Shown one piece after another: positions 47,032 to 57,098 of a DNA stretch of 64,000 nt. The notes beneath the pieces are model-generated. The model did not search any database. It worked only from the letters and a program-made list of their open reading frames with translations, and had not been told where the DNA came from. The first letter of the stretch is position 1. The number at the start of each line of letters is the position of its first letter. Source of the stretch: Eubacteriales bacterium (GTDB taxonomy: Bacteria; Bacillota; Clostridia; Christensenellales; UMGS416); the NCBI GenBank assembly GCA_040883315.1, contig JBFLKU010000029.1, positions 1-64,000 of the forward strand, in the 5' to 3' direction. A program made the position numbers and the translations under genes.

Positions 47032-47895
47032 ATGAACAAAAAATTGTGTGTTATTACCGGTGCTAATTCTGGAATAGGCAAGCAAGCCGCCATTCAAATG
47101 GCTGAAGCGGGATATCATGTGGTTATAGGATGCCGAAGCAAAGAACGCGGCGAAAAAGCCCTAGCAGAAATAAAGCAAACAAGCGGCAGCCAAGATGTAG
47201 ACCTCATTTTAGTAGACCTGAGCCTGAAATCATCTACAAAGGATTTTGCTGATGAAATAATAAAAAAATATGACGCAGTTGATGTATTAATACACAACGC
47301 AGCTATTTTTGATATTTCGCAAAAGCAGGCTAACATCACCAGCGAGGGCTACGAAAGCGTATGGATGACCAACCATATTAATCCTATATATCTGACCGAC
47401 CTTCTGCTGGACAACCTGAAAGCCAGCGAAAACGGCAGAGTGATTACCGTGTCATCCAAGGGACTTCTGGCTATGCCAAACCTGAAAGTAGACCTAGCAG
47501 ACCCTGAATTTAAGAACAAAAAATTCAATATGACAAAGGCATACTACCAATCAAAAAGAGCTCAGGTTATGTTTACCTACTATCTGGCTGACAAGCTGAA
47601 AGACACAAACGTGACTGTCAACTGCGTACGCGTGACAGCCGTGAAGGTGGACATAAGCCGCCATCCAAATATCTCAGGCTTCACAAAATGGGTGTATGCG
47701 CAAAAGAGCAAACAGGCAATCTCGCCGGAAGATATGGCAAAGACCTATACTTATCTGGCAACGAGCGAGGATGTGAAGAATACTACAGGAAAATACTTTG
47801 ATGAAAAGAACAAACAAGTAAAATCAAATAAGTATACCTATGAAAAAGAAAATATCGACGCAGTAATGGAACTGAGCGAAAAATACATAAAATAG
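47032..47895 (+). CDS. Short-chain dehydrogenase/reductase (SDR) family oxidoreductase
   Basis: 'TGANSGIGK' and 'YYQSK' catalytic motif. Confidence 0.85.
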   Translation: MNKKLCVITGANSGIGKQAAIQMAEAGYHVVIGCRSKERGEKALAEIKQTSGSQDVDLILVDLSLKSSTKDFADEIIKKYDAVDVLIHNAAIFDISQKQANITSEGYESVWMTNHINPIYLTDLLLDNLKASENGRVITVSSKGLLAMPNLKVDLADPEFKNKKFNMTKAYYQSKRAQVMFTYYLADKLKDTNVTVNCVRVTAVKVDISRHPNISGFTKWVYAQKSKQAISPEDMAKTYTYLATSEDVKNTTGKYFDEKNKQVKSNKYTYEKENIDAVMELSEKYIK

Positions 47896-47909
47896 AGAGG
47901 AGAACATAC

Positions 47910-48497
47910 ATGAACAATAAAATATTTTCAAAAAAAATCCTAACCATTGCTTTTGCAGTGCTGTCTATTGGCTTCATTGCTCTGATGGCTCTTAGCAAAG
48001 ACTTCTTCCAATGGACATTTGCAAGGCATCAAAATGTGCTCAGCTGGTATATCCGACCGCTGTTTATCATTCCATTTTGCTTCTTCGCCTTTAAAAGAAG
48101 CGGACTAGGCATATCAATAACAGTATTCCTGATGCTTACCAGCATGTTCTGGTTCCCTGAGCCTGCAGTAATAAACGAACAGGTACGAGGATTTTTGGAC
48201 ATGGAAAAAGAATACCTGACCTCCGGCTGGACAGCAGCAAAGGTAGTGTTTGCGTTGGTGGTAGCCGGCTCTATGTCACTTCTGGCATTTGCATTCTGGA
48301 AAAGAAGCATTAAGCTGGGCATAGGCATAATGGTGGCTATAGCAGTAGGCAAGGTAGCATGGAGCGCAGTGGAGGGTGGCGACGCAGGACTGGCAGTTGT
48401 TGTTCCGGCATCTGTAGGGCTTGTATTATGCATAGTTTTAGTATATTATTTTGTTAGCCGCAGCAAGAGCAAGGCAAAAGAAAAAACTGCGAAATAG
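47910..48497 (+). CDS. Hypothetical membrane protein
   Basis: 5-6 TM, co-operonic with the SDR. Confidence 0.5.
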   Translation: MNNKIFSKKILTIAFAVLSIGFIALMALSKDFFQWTFARHQNVLSWYIRPLFIIPFCFFAFKRSGLGISITVFLMLTSMFWFPEPAVINEQVRGFLDMEKEYLTSGWTAAKVVFALVVAGSMSLLAFAFWKRSIKLGIGIMVAIAVGKVAWSAVEGGDAGLAVVVPASVGLVLCIVLVYYFVSRSKSKAKEKTAK

Positions 48498-48507
48498 GTG
48501 ATTTCTT

Positions 48508-49128
48508 ATTAAAGAGAAAAAATTCAAAAGCAAAGATGAATTAATTGAAGCAACCTTGAATGAATTTTGTGAAAACGATTTTGAGAGTGCTTCTCTTAAT
48601 CGTATTATAAAAAATGCGGGCATAAGCAAGGGAACATTCTACTACCATTTTGAAAACAAAGAGGCACTATACCTTTTCCTTTTGGAAAAAGGCGTAAGCG
48701 CAAAATGGAACTACATCAGCGAATATACAAAGTCAAACAAAGCAGATTTTTCGAAAATGGATATATTCGATAAGTTTCTCTATCAAGCAAGGGCAGGTGC
48801 ACTCTTTGCAGACAAACACCCCAGGTATCACAAGCTGAGCAATATGCTAACCAAAGAGAAAGGCAATCCTATATACGAAAAAGCTCTTTCTCATCTGAAA
48901 ACCAATACCAGTGACATTCTGGAGGGCATGGTGGCAGAAGCATATAAAAACAATGAGCTGGACACTAAATTCAGCAAGGAATTTTTAAGTCAGCTGCTAG
49001 CTCACCTGTTCAGCTATTTTGATGACATATTCGCAGACACCCAAGGAGATCTGCAGCATACGCTGGATACATTGGAAAGCTATGTAGAATTTATAAAATA
49101 CGGTATAAAAAACAAAGAAGGCAATTGA
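48508..49128 (+). CDS. TetR/AcrR family transcriptional regulator (start uncertain, possible AUU start)
   Basis: HTH 'ESASLNRIIKNAGISKGTFYYHFENKEAL'. The frame is open back to 48502 with no ATG, GTG or TTG before TTG 48556. AGGTGA sits 8 nt upstream of ATT 48508. Confidence 0.7.
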   Translation: MKEKKFKSKDELIEATLNEFCENDFESASLNRIIKNAGISKGTFYYHFENKEALYLFLLEKGVSAKWNYISEYTKSNKADFSKMDIFDKFLYQARAGALFADKHPRYHKLSNMLTKEKGNPIYEKALSHLKTNTSDILEGMVAEAYKNNELDTKFSKEFLSQLLAHLFSYFDDIFADTQGDLQHTLDTLESYVEFIKYGIKNKEGN

Positions 49129-49153
49129 TATTCCTTCTTTTCTATATTAATCT

Positions 49154-49480
49154 CTACCTGCCAATATACATAAAATAAATCAGCGCCGCCACAAACACCA
49201 GCATGGCAGCAGTGACGACTATAGCGATGTGTTTCTTTGCCTTAATATATGCTTCGTACGCAGTGAAATCCATCCAGCATACTCCGTTCATCTTCTTTAT
49301 TATGCCTTTATTCACAAGTGTTCCGATTACACTTTTGCCTATAGCTGTATTGCAGCCGGCTATCTGGGTTTCCTTGATGCCTCTATCCATAGAGTATGCG
49401 CCCGCTTTCGAAAAGCTTTTTACCACTCTTTTCTGCTCTTCCTCAAACCGCTGCATTATTCTTCTCTGTGCAAATCCCAT
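49154..49480 (-). CDS. Hypothetical small protein with a C-terminal TM
   Basis: 108 aa. No family recognised. Confidence 0.4.
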   Translation of the reverse strand: MGFAQRRIMQRFEEEQKRVVKSFSKAGAYSMDRGIKETQIAGCNTAIGKSVIGTLVNKGIIKKMNGVCWMDFTAYEAYIKAKKHIAIVVTAAMLVFVAALIYFMYIGR

Positions 49481-49696
49481 TTCAGCATCTCCTTCTATAT
49501 ATTATTTTTTACAGGACAAAATGATTCTAACATATTCTGCCTTATCATTGTAGTATATTGCCACATTGTTTAATCAATCTATTATTTTATGCTGTTTTGT
49601 TATATTTCGCCTTTTTTTGATTATATTTAGTAGATAGATAGATTTTTATTTAGCAAGTAACTATAGATTCCTATAAATAAAGGAGTGATGCAAAAA

Positions 49697-50161
49697 ATGA
49701 ATATAGGAATACTCGTTTATTCATTAACCGGCAATACGCTTCAAGTGGCAGAGAAAGTGAAAGAAAAGCTAGAAGAGATTGGGCAAAATGTGGAGATAGC
49801 TCGAATTACGCTTTCCCAAAAAAGCCCCAACAGCCCTGCTCCCGTGAAGCTGGATAATGTGCCTGATTTGCTGGCATATGATAAATTAATAATAGGCTCC
49901 CCCATCAATGGGTTTTCTCTCAGTGCCCCTATGCGCGAATACCTGCAGAACCATGCAGACTTGAAGGGCAAAACAATAAACTGCTATGTCACGCAGCACT
50001 TTCGCCAGGCTGCCCTAGGCGGGAACCGCGGAATACGCCAGATGACAGATCTTTGCGAGGAAAAGGGAGCGAGAGTGCAGACCACAGCAATTGTTCACTG
50101 GTCTGCCCAAGACAGAGAAAGCCAAATAAAAGAAGCCGTTAAAAGACTAACAAGAATATAG
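49697..50161 (+). CDS. Flavodoxin-family protein (paralog of 11804-12268)
   Basis: 'IGILVYSLTGNT'. Alignable along its length to the first flavodoxin. Confidence 0.8.
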   Translation: MNIGILVYSLTGNTLQVAEKVKEKLEEIGQNVEIARITLSQKSPNSPAPVKLDNVPDLLAYDKLIIGSPINGFSLSAPMREYLQNHADLKGKTINCYVTQHFRQAALGGNRGIRQMTDLCEEKGARVQTTAIVHWSAQDRESQIKEAVKRLTRI

Positions 50162-50168
50162 CATTTGT

Positions 50169-50197
50169 AAAGCCGATATAAATATATCGGCTTTTTT
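50169..50197 (+). terminator. Intrinsic terminator
   Basis: AAGCCGATATA-aat-ATATCGGCTT then TTTTT. Confidence 0.75.
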
Positions 50198-50379
50198 ATG
50201 TAAAATTTATAAAAATCCTAAAATTTCGACACAAGCCGACATGATTTATATTAATTATATGTTATAATATGCATAACTATGAAATATTTGAACGCATTTA
50301 AAAATACTTTAGCATAGGCTTGCTTGTGCAATAACTAATTTTTTCTTAATCACACTTTAGCTTGTATTTTTATTTGCAG

Positions 50380-50406
50380 AAAAGACCGCCGATGGCGGTC
50401 TTTTCA
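50380..50406 (-). terminator. Intrinsic terminator for the rnf-methyltransferase transcript
   Basis: AAGACCGCC-gat-GGCGGTCTT with a T-run on the minus strand. Confidence 0.6.
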
Positions 50407-50412
50407 TATATA

Positions 50413-51021
50413 CTATTTTTTATCACATTTGATAATATAATATCCTTTGTCCTTGGCGATAGCATGGCATTCGCCGTATATCTCCTCCAAATGCTTCATG
50501 GCTGATGGTGCACCCTGCTTTTTCTGTATCACGCAGTAAAACCTGCCGCCTTCATTCAAATAGTTTATGCTTTCATCGAACCATTTGTAGTACACATCCT
50601 TGCCGGCACGTATAGGAGGATTGGTGACTATCATGTCGAATGTGCCCTCCACATTTTCAAAGCCGTCGCTTTGCAAAACCTCCACATCAGCCTGCTGTGC
50701 ATTCTCTTTTGCCAGCTCCACTGCCCTTTGGTTGATATCGCACATCAGTGCATGGCAGCCGAATATCTTGCTGAGAGATATGCCCACCACGCCATAGCCG
50801 CAGCCAATATCCAAAACACTCTTCGGTGCCGCTTCCTTGGCTATGGTATTTATCAAAAGATTCGAACCAAAGTCCACAGCATGCTTGCTGAAAACTCCGT
50901 CCGCAGTCTTTAGGCGTATGGAATGCCTTCCTGCATTGTAGACCAGATTGTATGTTTTAAAATCCGACGTAGGGCTCTGCGTATAGTAATGCTCGCTTTG
51001 TTTTTTCTGCTGTTTTTCCAT
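50413..51021 (-). CDS. Class I SAM-dependent methyltransferase (small MTS domain, RsmC-like)
   Basis: 'VLDIGCGYGVVG' motif I and 'TNPPI' motif IV. Confidence 0.8.
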   Translation of the reverse strand: MEKQQKKQSEHYYTQSPTSDFKTYNLVYNAGRHSIRLKTADGVFSKHAVDFGSNLLINTIAKEAAPKSVLDIGCGYGVVGISLSKIFGCHALMCDINQRAVELAKENAQQADVEVLQSDGFENVEGTFDMIVTNPPIRAGKDVYYKWFDESINYLNEGGRFYCVIQKKQGAPSAMKHLEEIYGECHAIAKDKGYYIIKCDKK

Positions 51022-51033
51022 GTTATGCAGGTT

Positions 51034-52020
51034 CTACTTTCTGCCTATCATGTTGATAGCGCCCACTTTGCATGCCTTTTCGCATGCCCCGCAGCCTACG
51101 CATTTGTCGGGAAGTATCTTGTGTATCTCCTTCAGCTCGCCCTCCACAGCATCATATTTGCATGCCTTGAAGCACAGTGTGCAGCCTACACATTTGCCTT
51201 CTGATATAAATGCCACTTTTTGCTTTGTTTTGTCGTATGCTATGCATTCTCTTGGGCATTTTTCAGCGCATATTCCGCAGTTCACGCATTTTTCGTAGTC
51301 GATAACCGCCAAATCGTCCACCATCTCGATAGCACTTTGCGGGCAGTTTTTGGCACATATTCCGCAGCCTATGCAGCCTACTTTGCATGCATTTCGCACC
51401 TCAGCACCCTTGGCTGTGGCACGGCATTTTATTATAGTGGCAGCGGACACAGGAACAAGCCCGATGATGCCCCTTGGGCATATAGCTGCACATTTTCCGC
51501 AGGCTATGCAGCGCTCTCTATCCACTTGTGCTACGCCGTCTATCACGGTGATGGCATCTGTCGGGCACACCTTGGCACAATTGCCAAGACCCAAGCATGC
51601 GTATTTGCATGCCTTATATCCGTCTGCCAGCTGTGATGCTGCTGCACAGTCGTGTATGCCTTCATATGTGTATTTCAAAGTGGCATTTTCTATTGTGCCC
51701 TGGCAGCGTACTACTGCCACCAATGGCTCGGCACTGCCTGCCTCTACGCCCATTATTTTACCTAGGTTCTCCAGCTGCTCTGTGGAGCATACAGGACATC
51801 CGTTTATTGGTGCTCCGTTTTCTGCCACAGCCTTTGCAAAGCCGTCGCAGCCCGGATATCCGCATGCGCCGCAGTTGGCTCCCGGCAGTGCTTCACGCAC
51901 CTGTGCAATCAGTGGATTGCCCTCTACAGCAAAGAATTTGGATGCTAGTGCCAGCATTACGCCCAGTATCAGTCCTAATGCTCCCACCACTCCTGCTGCT
52001 GATAATATATTAATTAACAT
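51034..52020 (-). CDS. rnfB: Rnf electron transport complex subunit B
   Basis: N-terminal TM, 'CGACGYPGC' and multiple CxxCxxCxxxCP ferredoxin motifs. Confidence 0.9.
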   Translation of the reverse strand: MLINILSAAGVVGALGLILGVMLALASKFFAVEGNPLIAQVREALPGANCGACGYPGCDGFAKAVAENGAPINGCPVCSTEQLENLGKIMGVEAGSAEPLVAVVRCQGTIENATLKYTYEGIHDCAAASQLADGYKACKYACLGLGNCAKVCPTDAITVIDGVAQVDRERCIACGKCAAICPRGIIGLVPVSAATIIKCRATAKGAEVRNACKVGCIGCGICAKNCPQSAIEMVDDLAVIDYEKCVNCGICAEKCPRECIAYDKTKQKVAFISEGKCVGCTLCFKACKYDAVEGELKEIHKILPDKCVGCGACEKACKVGAINMIGRK

Positions 52021-52044
52021 TTATATATCTCCTTTTAAATGTAA

Positions 52045-52671
52045 TCACCCTGCCAGCCCTTGGAATGCCATAAAGGCGATTGACAGAAGTCCTGCTGAAA
52101 TCAATGCAATAGGGAAGCCTTTGAATGCCTCCGGTATGTCTGCATCTTCCAGTCTCTCTCTCACTCCAGCAAACAGTATCAATGCTATGGAAAAGCCAAG
52201 TGCGGCACCAACGCCGTTGAATAGGGATTCCACCAGAGTATATTCTTCCTGCATATTTATCAATACCACGCCCATTACTGCACAGTTGGTAGTAATCAAC
52301 GGAAGATATACACCCAATGCAGAGTATAGAGCCGGGTTTGTTTTTTGTATCAGCATCTCAACAAACTGAACTAATGCTGCAATAACCAAGATGAATGCGA
52401 TGGTCTGCAAAAACATCAAATCCGGAATTTCCTCAGCTGCTACGCCGAATTTCACCAGCCATGTGGGCACTAGAAATACCTTTTGCACAATCCATGTGAA
52501 TACAGATGCCAATGCCATTACAAAAGTAACAGCGGCACTCATGCCTATGGCAGTCTCCAGCTTTTTGCTCATTCCAAGGAATGGGCATATTCCCAAAAAT
52601 CTTGACAGAACAAAGTTGTTTACCAATGCTGCCGATATAACAATCATTACGATATTTTGAATACTATTCAT
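52045..52671 (-). CDS. rnfA: Rnf electron transport complex subunit A
   Basis: 'VNNFVLSRFLGICPFLG' RnfA/NqrE signature. Confidence 0.9.
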   Translation of the reverse strand: MNSIQNIVMIVISAALVNNFVLSRFLGICPFLGMSKKLETAIGMSAAVTFVMALASVFTWIVQKVFLVPTWLVKFGVAAEEIPDLMFLQTIAFILVIAALVQFVEMLIQKTNPALYSALGVYLPLITTNCAVMGVVLINMQEEYTLVESLFNGVGAALGFSIALILFAGVRERLEDADIPEAFKGFPIALISAGLLSIAFMAFQGLAG

Positions 52672-52680
52672 GTTGCCCCC

Positions 52681-53271
52681 CTACTCTTTCACTGCCATTG
52701 CATTTATCAATGCAAGCAAAAGTCCAAGTGCTATAAATCCGCCGGGAGCTAGAATGAATATTAACGCCGGCTGATATGATGCCCCCAGCACCTGCACGCC
52801 GAATATTGAGCCGTTGCCCAGTATCTCTCTTACAGATGCCAAAAGTGTGAGTGCCAGCGTGAAGCCAAGCCCCATACCAAGACCATCCACTATAGATGCT
52901 ACAGGGCCGTTCTTTGATGCGAATGCCTCTGCTCTAGCTAGGATGATGCAGTTTACAACTATCAATGGAATAAATAATCCAAGTGACTCATAAAGAGTGG
53001 GGATGTATGCTTCCATCAGCAGCTGCACTATTGTAACGAAGGTTGCTATAACAACTATGAAAGATGGTATACGTATCTTTTCAGGTATAAAACCCTTTAT
53101 CAGAGAAATAACAAGGTTGGAGCCAACTAAAACAAATGTAGCTGCCAAGCCCATGCCTATTCCGTTGGTTGCAGATGTAGTAACAGCCAATGTAGGGCAC
53201 ATACCAAGCAAAAGCCTGAAAACAGGGTTTTCCTTAGTTATACCATTCATAAAAACTTTTCTGTAATTCAT
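52681..53271 (-). CDS. rnfE: Rnf electron transport complex subunit E
   Basis: 'NPVFRLLLGMCPTLAVT' RnfE/NqrD signature. Confidence 0.9.
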   Translation of the reverse strand: MNYRKVFMNGITKENPVFRLLLGMCPTLAVTTSATNGIGMGLAATFVLVGSNLVISLIKGFIPEKIRIPSFIVVIATFVTIVQLLMEAYIPTLYESLGLFIPLIVVNCIILARAEAFASKNGPVASIVDGLGMGLGFTLALTLLASVREILGNGSIFGVQVLGASYQPALIFILAPGGFIALGLLLALINAMAVKE

Positions 53272-53846
53272 CAGCCTTGTACCTCCATTAGTTTCTGAGC
53301 CATATCAATTACTGCATCTATGCCTTTTATAACTGCACGAGATGTGATGGTCGCACCTGTCAGTGCATCAACGGCTTGGTCGCTTGCTGCGTCGTCCTTT
53401 GAAAGCACTGGCTTTTTCTTTCCTCTGAATTGATCTGTAAAGTCAGGCTTTGTGGCATTTGCACCCAGTCCTGCTGTTTCATTATGGCTGCCGATTACCA
53501 CATTTGTGATGTGCATATCTGCACCTACGCCAACTATTATCTCCACGTCTCCGCCGTATCCTTTGGACAGAACGTTGATTACATATCCTGCAAATTCGCC
53601 TTCACGCTCTGCAATGAATACTTCCTTTACAGCAGCACCATCCGGTGAAACGAATTCCTGCCACTCTTCCTTGGGCACTTCCACAAAATCCGCACCCGGG
53701 TATGCTTTCTCTCTGGATAGCTGCAGCTGATACGCTCTCTGCTCTGCAATAGGCTCCTTTGTGTACATATATGTGACACCCAGCAAAAGCCCCAGAATAA
53801 ATGTTATTAAAAATAGCTTTAGAGGCAGCTCAATATATTTACGCAT
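53271..53846 (-). CDS. rnfG: Rnf electron transport complex subunit G (FMN-binding)
   Basis: 'DALTGATITSRAV' FMN_bind motif. Confidence 0.9.
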   Translation of the reverse strand: MRKYIELPLKLFLITFILGLLLGVTYMYTKEPIAEQRAYQLQLSREKAYPGADFVEVPKEEWQEFVSPDGAAVKEVFIAEREGEFAGYVINVLSKGYGGDVEIIVGVGADMHITNVVIGSHNETAGLGANATKPDFTDQFRGKKKPVLSKDDAASDQAVDALTGATITSRAVIKGIDAVIDMAQKLMEVQG

Positions 53847-54786
53847 TGCGTTTCACCTCCCCAAATATTTTTGGTTTTGTCAGTCTGTCAATCAGCGGTA
53901 CGCACACATTCATCAGCAGTATTGAAAGGCTTACGCCCTCTGCTGAATTACTATAGAGCCTGATAAGCACGGTCATTATTCCGCAGCCTATTCCCATCAT
54001 CAGCTGTCCCCTAGGTGTTACAGGAGATGTGGTGTAGTCTGTTGCCATGTATATAGCACCCAGCATCAGTCCGCCGCCCAAAAGGTGGGCAAGTGAAACC
54101 ATGTAGTCCATGCCGCCCAGCAAAAATGAAAGAACGAAAACCGTTACCATATATGTGATTGGTATCCTCCAGCGGATAATGCGCTTTGCAAACAGATATA
54201 TGCCGCCTGCAAGCAATGCAATTGCAGATGCTTCACCTATGCAGCCGGCAGCATTTCCCACTGCTAAATTCATCAAAAACGATCCGGATACAGCTTCGCC
54301 AGCCTTCAGCATAGCCATTGGTGTGGCAGATGATATAGTATCTACTGTACCGGGGTTCACCCATGTGGTCATAGCCACTGGCCAGCATGCCACCAAAAAT
54401 ACACGACCTGCAAGAGCCGGGTTCACAAAATTGTGTCCCAAGCCGCCAAAGGGCTGCTTAACTATTGCTATGGCAAAAACTGAGCCTAGAACAGCCACCC
54501 ACCACGGCACGCCAACGGACAAATTCATGCCCAGAAGCAGACCGGTGACAGCTGCTGATAAATCCTTTATGCTGCCGGGTCTATTGAATGCCTTCAATAT
54601 CACCCACTCTGTAAACACAGCAGAAAATGTTGCCAGCGCTATGATAAGCGCCGCCTTTGCACCGAAAAAGTATATTCCTACGCCGCATGCAGGCAAAAGG
54701 GCAATCAGAACATCAAACATAATATTCTGCGTGTCCTGCTTTGCAAATACGTGAGGCGACGATGAAACAAATAGTTTTGTACTCAT
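53839..54786 (-). CDS. rnfD: Rnf electron transport complex subunit D
   Basis: 'SSPH', 'TGATP' plus polytopic RnfD/NqrB homology. Confidence 0.9.
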   Translation of the reverse strand: MSTKLFVSSSPHVFAKQDTQNIMFDVLIALLPACGVGIYFFGAKAALIIALATFSAVFTEWVILKAFNRPGSIKDLSAAVTGLLLGMNLSVGVPWWVAVLGSVFAIAIVKQPFGGLGHNFVNPALAGRVFLVACWPVAMTTWVNPGTVDTISSATPMAMLKAGEAVSGSFLMNLAVGNAAGCIGEASAIALLAGGIYLFAKRIIRWRIPITYMVTVFVLSFLLGGMDYMVSLAHLLGGGLMLGAIYMATDYTTSPVTPRGQLMMGIGCGIMTVLIRLYSNSAEGVSLSILLMNVCVPLIDRLTKPKIFGEVKRNA

Positions 54787-54808
54787 ATTAATTCTCTCCT
54801 TGGAAACT

Positions 54809-56134
54809 TTATAAATTCGATTTTCTGATGGCGTTTTTAGCCAGCCTGATAGACTGCATCAATCTACGCCTAGATGGGCAAATAAACGTGCATGCACCGC
54901 ACTCTACGCAGTCCATGGCATTGTATTTCTTTGCCTCTGCAAACCTGCCTGCATCTGCTGCTGCCGATATTTGCAGCGGCACTAATTTCAGTGGGCATGC
55001 CTCTACGCAGCGTGCACACCTGATGCAGTTATTTATTTCATGAATTGTTGTTTCATCTTCGTTCAGTGCCAATATGCCTGATGTTCCTGCTATTACAGGA
55101 GCCTGTGTATCTGGCTGGGCTATTCCCATCATTGGTCCGCCGGATATCACCTTGGCTGTGTCGTCGCACAGACCGCCGCATGCATCGATGCACTGCTGGA
55201 ATGTAGTGCCAAAGCGCACTATCAGATTCCTAGGCTCTTTTATGCATGTGCCTGTCACTGTGACTATTCTTTCTATTAATGGCATTCCTGTGGTAATTGA
55301 TTTATAAATTGCGGCTAATGTGCCTACATTCAGCACGATTACGCCTATCTCCATAGGCAGACCGCCAGCCGGCACTCTTCTGCCTGTTAATGCGTGAATT
55401 AATTGCTTTTCTGCGCCCTGCGGATATTTAGGAGCCAGCGGAACGATTTTAATCTTTTCCTCGTTGTCTGCAAATGACTGCAGCAGCTCTATAGCGTCCT
55501 CTTTGTTGCTCTCTATGCCTATTATGCCCTCTTGCACGTCAAACATTTTGATAACAGTCTTCAAGCCCTCAATCACGTCCTGCGGATGCTCCAGCATCAG
55601 CCTGTGGTCGGCTGTCAGATACGGTTCGCACTCTGCTCCGTTTACTATTATATAGTCTATTTTGGCGTCCTTTGGAGGCATCAATTTGACATGAGTGGGG
55701 AATGTAGCACCGCCCATGCCCACAATACCCAAATCCTTTACTGCCTGAGCTATCTCTTCCTTGCTCATCTTATTGATATCTCTAGGCACTACAGTGTCTG
55801 CAACGGCTTCCTTGAAGTCGTTTTCTATCACCACTGCCAGCCTCTTTATGCCTGTTGGGTGCGGTCTGTTCTCCACCTTTATAACAGTACCAGAAACAGA
55901 CGAGTGAACATTGGAACTGATAAAGCCATCGGCTTCACCGATTAGCTGTCCTTTTTTCACATAGTCGCCCTTTTGAACCAGCGGCTTTGCCTCCTTGCCA
56001 ATGATTCTGGAAAGCGGTATAACCACTTCCTTTGGAGGCTCCAGCACCTTGGCTGCCTTATGCTCTGTTAGTGTTTTGCCATGATAAATGTGAGACAGTG
56101 GATGTACCCCGCCTTTGAAAGTCTTTTTTTTCAC
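54809..56134 (-). CDS. rnfC: Rnf electron transport complex subunit C
   Basis: 'KTFKGGVHP', NADH-binding 'GMGGATFPTHVKL' and two C-terminal 4Fe-4S motifs. Probable GTG start 56134 with AAGGAAGAG RBS (ATG 56182 lies within the putative -10 region). Confidence 0.9.
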   Translation of the reverse strand: MKKKTFKGGVHPLSHIYHGKTLTEHKAAKVLEPPKEVVIPLSRIIGKEAKPLVQKGDYVKKGQLIGEADGFISSNVHSSVSGTVIKVENRPHPTGIKRLAVVIENDFKEAVADTVVPRDINKMSKEEIAQAVKDLGIVGMGGATFPTHVKLMPPKDAKIDYIIVNGAECEPYLTADHRLMLEHPQDVIEGLKTVIKMFDVQEGIIGIESNKEDAIELLQSFADNEEKIKIVPLAPKYPQGAEKQLIHALTGRRVPAGGLPMEIGVIVLNVGTLAAIYKSITTGMPLIERIVTVTGTCIKEPRNLIVRFGTTFQQCIDACGGLCDDTAKVISGGPMMGIAQPDTQAPVIAGTSGILALNEDETTIHEINNCIRCARCVEACPLKLVPLQISAAADAGRFAEAKKYNAMDCVECGACTFICPSRRRLMQSIRLAKNAIRKSNL

Positions 56135-56313
56135 TTTTTTCTCTTCCTTACCATAAAATCTCCGCTTTGCGCCTATATGCACAAAGCAAATTTATTATAG
56201 CATAGTTTTTTTTAAAACTCTATAATTGTGAATTTGTTATCAAAGTGTTTAAATTATTGGAAGGGTGTGGGAGGTGTTAACATAAATATTATAGCAGAGT
56301 GGCTTCCTTTATA

Positions 56314-57087
56314 TTAAAATCCTCCGTTTTGATTTGTGCTAATTATTTCTTTTAATTTCTCTATAGTTAAAGTATCATTTCTTCTTCTGTGTATCATTCT
56401 ATGGCAATTAGAACATACTGGTACAACATTTTTTAATGCACTATCAATAAACATATTGGCATCTTGCTCTTCATATGTATATATTGGCTTTTGATGATGT
56501 ATCTCTATGTATCCATCACCTCTAGCTCCATATTTAGCTTTAAAATCAAATTTACAAGCATCACATAAAATTACGCCATTATGCGTGTAATATTCTATCG
56601 CAATATTTCTTAGTTTAGCTGACCTTTCATATACTTTATTTCTTATTGTTTTTCTGCTTCCCTCATATACAAAAATATTTTCATCATATACTAAAGGTTT
56701 TCTTTTTCTCTCGATTGAATCTGTAATCTCTACTAATGTATCTTCTATATCTATATTTTCAAAATCATTGTCTATCAAATATTCGAAAATATCTTTGTTC
56801 TGTTCAATATACTCTTTCCCTTTTTCTGTAATAGTATGCGAACCATTCCTTTGCCCTTTAATCGTTGTATAGCCTAGTTGGTCGTCAAGTTTATGATGGG
56901 ATACCAAATTCCTAACAATTTGGGTGAATCTTGCATCATTCCTACTTCCGTAGTTTTTTAAATCTTCTCCCGTTGGATTAATTAAATTTGATAATTCCAA
57001 AATCAAGTCACTAGTTTTTATATTCGGATTATTACTAATTACATACAAAGCCGGAATTACTAATTCTTTTTCAGAAACTCTAGACAT
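56314..57087 (-). CDS. HNH-family endonuclease, candidate Type II restriction endonuclease (AT-rich island)
   Basis: C-terminal 'CDAC...GYIEIHHQKPI...VVPVCSNCHRMIH' HNH. An 11-nt gap separates it from the upstream MTase gene. About 28% GC versus about 48% in the flanking DNA. Confidence 0.7.
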   Translation of the reverse strand: MSRVSEKELVIPALYVISNNPNIKTSDLILELSNLINPTGEDLKNYGSRNDARFTQIVRNLVSHHKLDDQLGYTTIKGQRNGSHTITEKGKEYIEQNKDIFEYLIDNDFENIDIEDTLVEITDSIERKRKPLVYDENIFVYEGSRKTIRNKVYERSAKLRNIAIEYYTHNGVILCDACKFDFKAKYGARGDGYIEIHHQKPIYTYEEQDANMFIDSALKNVVPVCSNCHRMIHRRRNDTLTIEKLKEIISTNQNGGF

Positions 57088-57098
57088 TATCTTCTCCT

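Noticed and set aside
51350-52369. 339-aa + strand ORF (and 51597-52013, 51220-51636) across rnfB/rnfA
   Set aside because: Antisense to strongly supported Rnf genes. Long open frames are expected by chance in GC-richer, Cys/Ala-codon-rich sequence. No RBS or start context.
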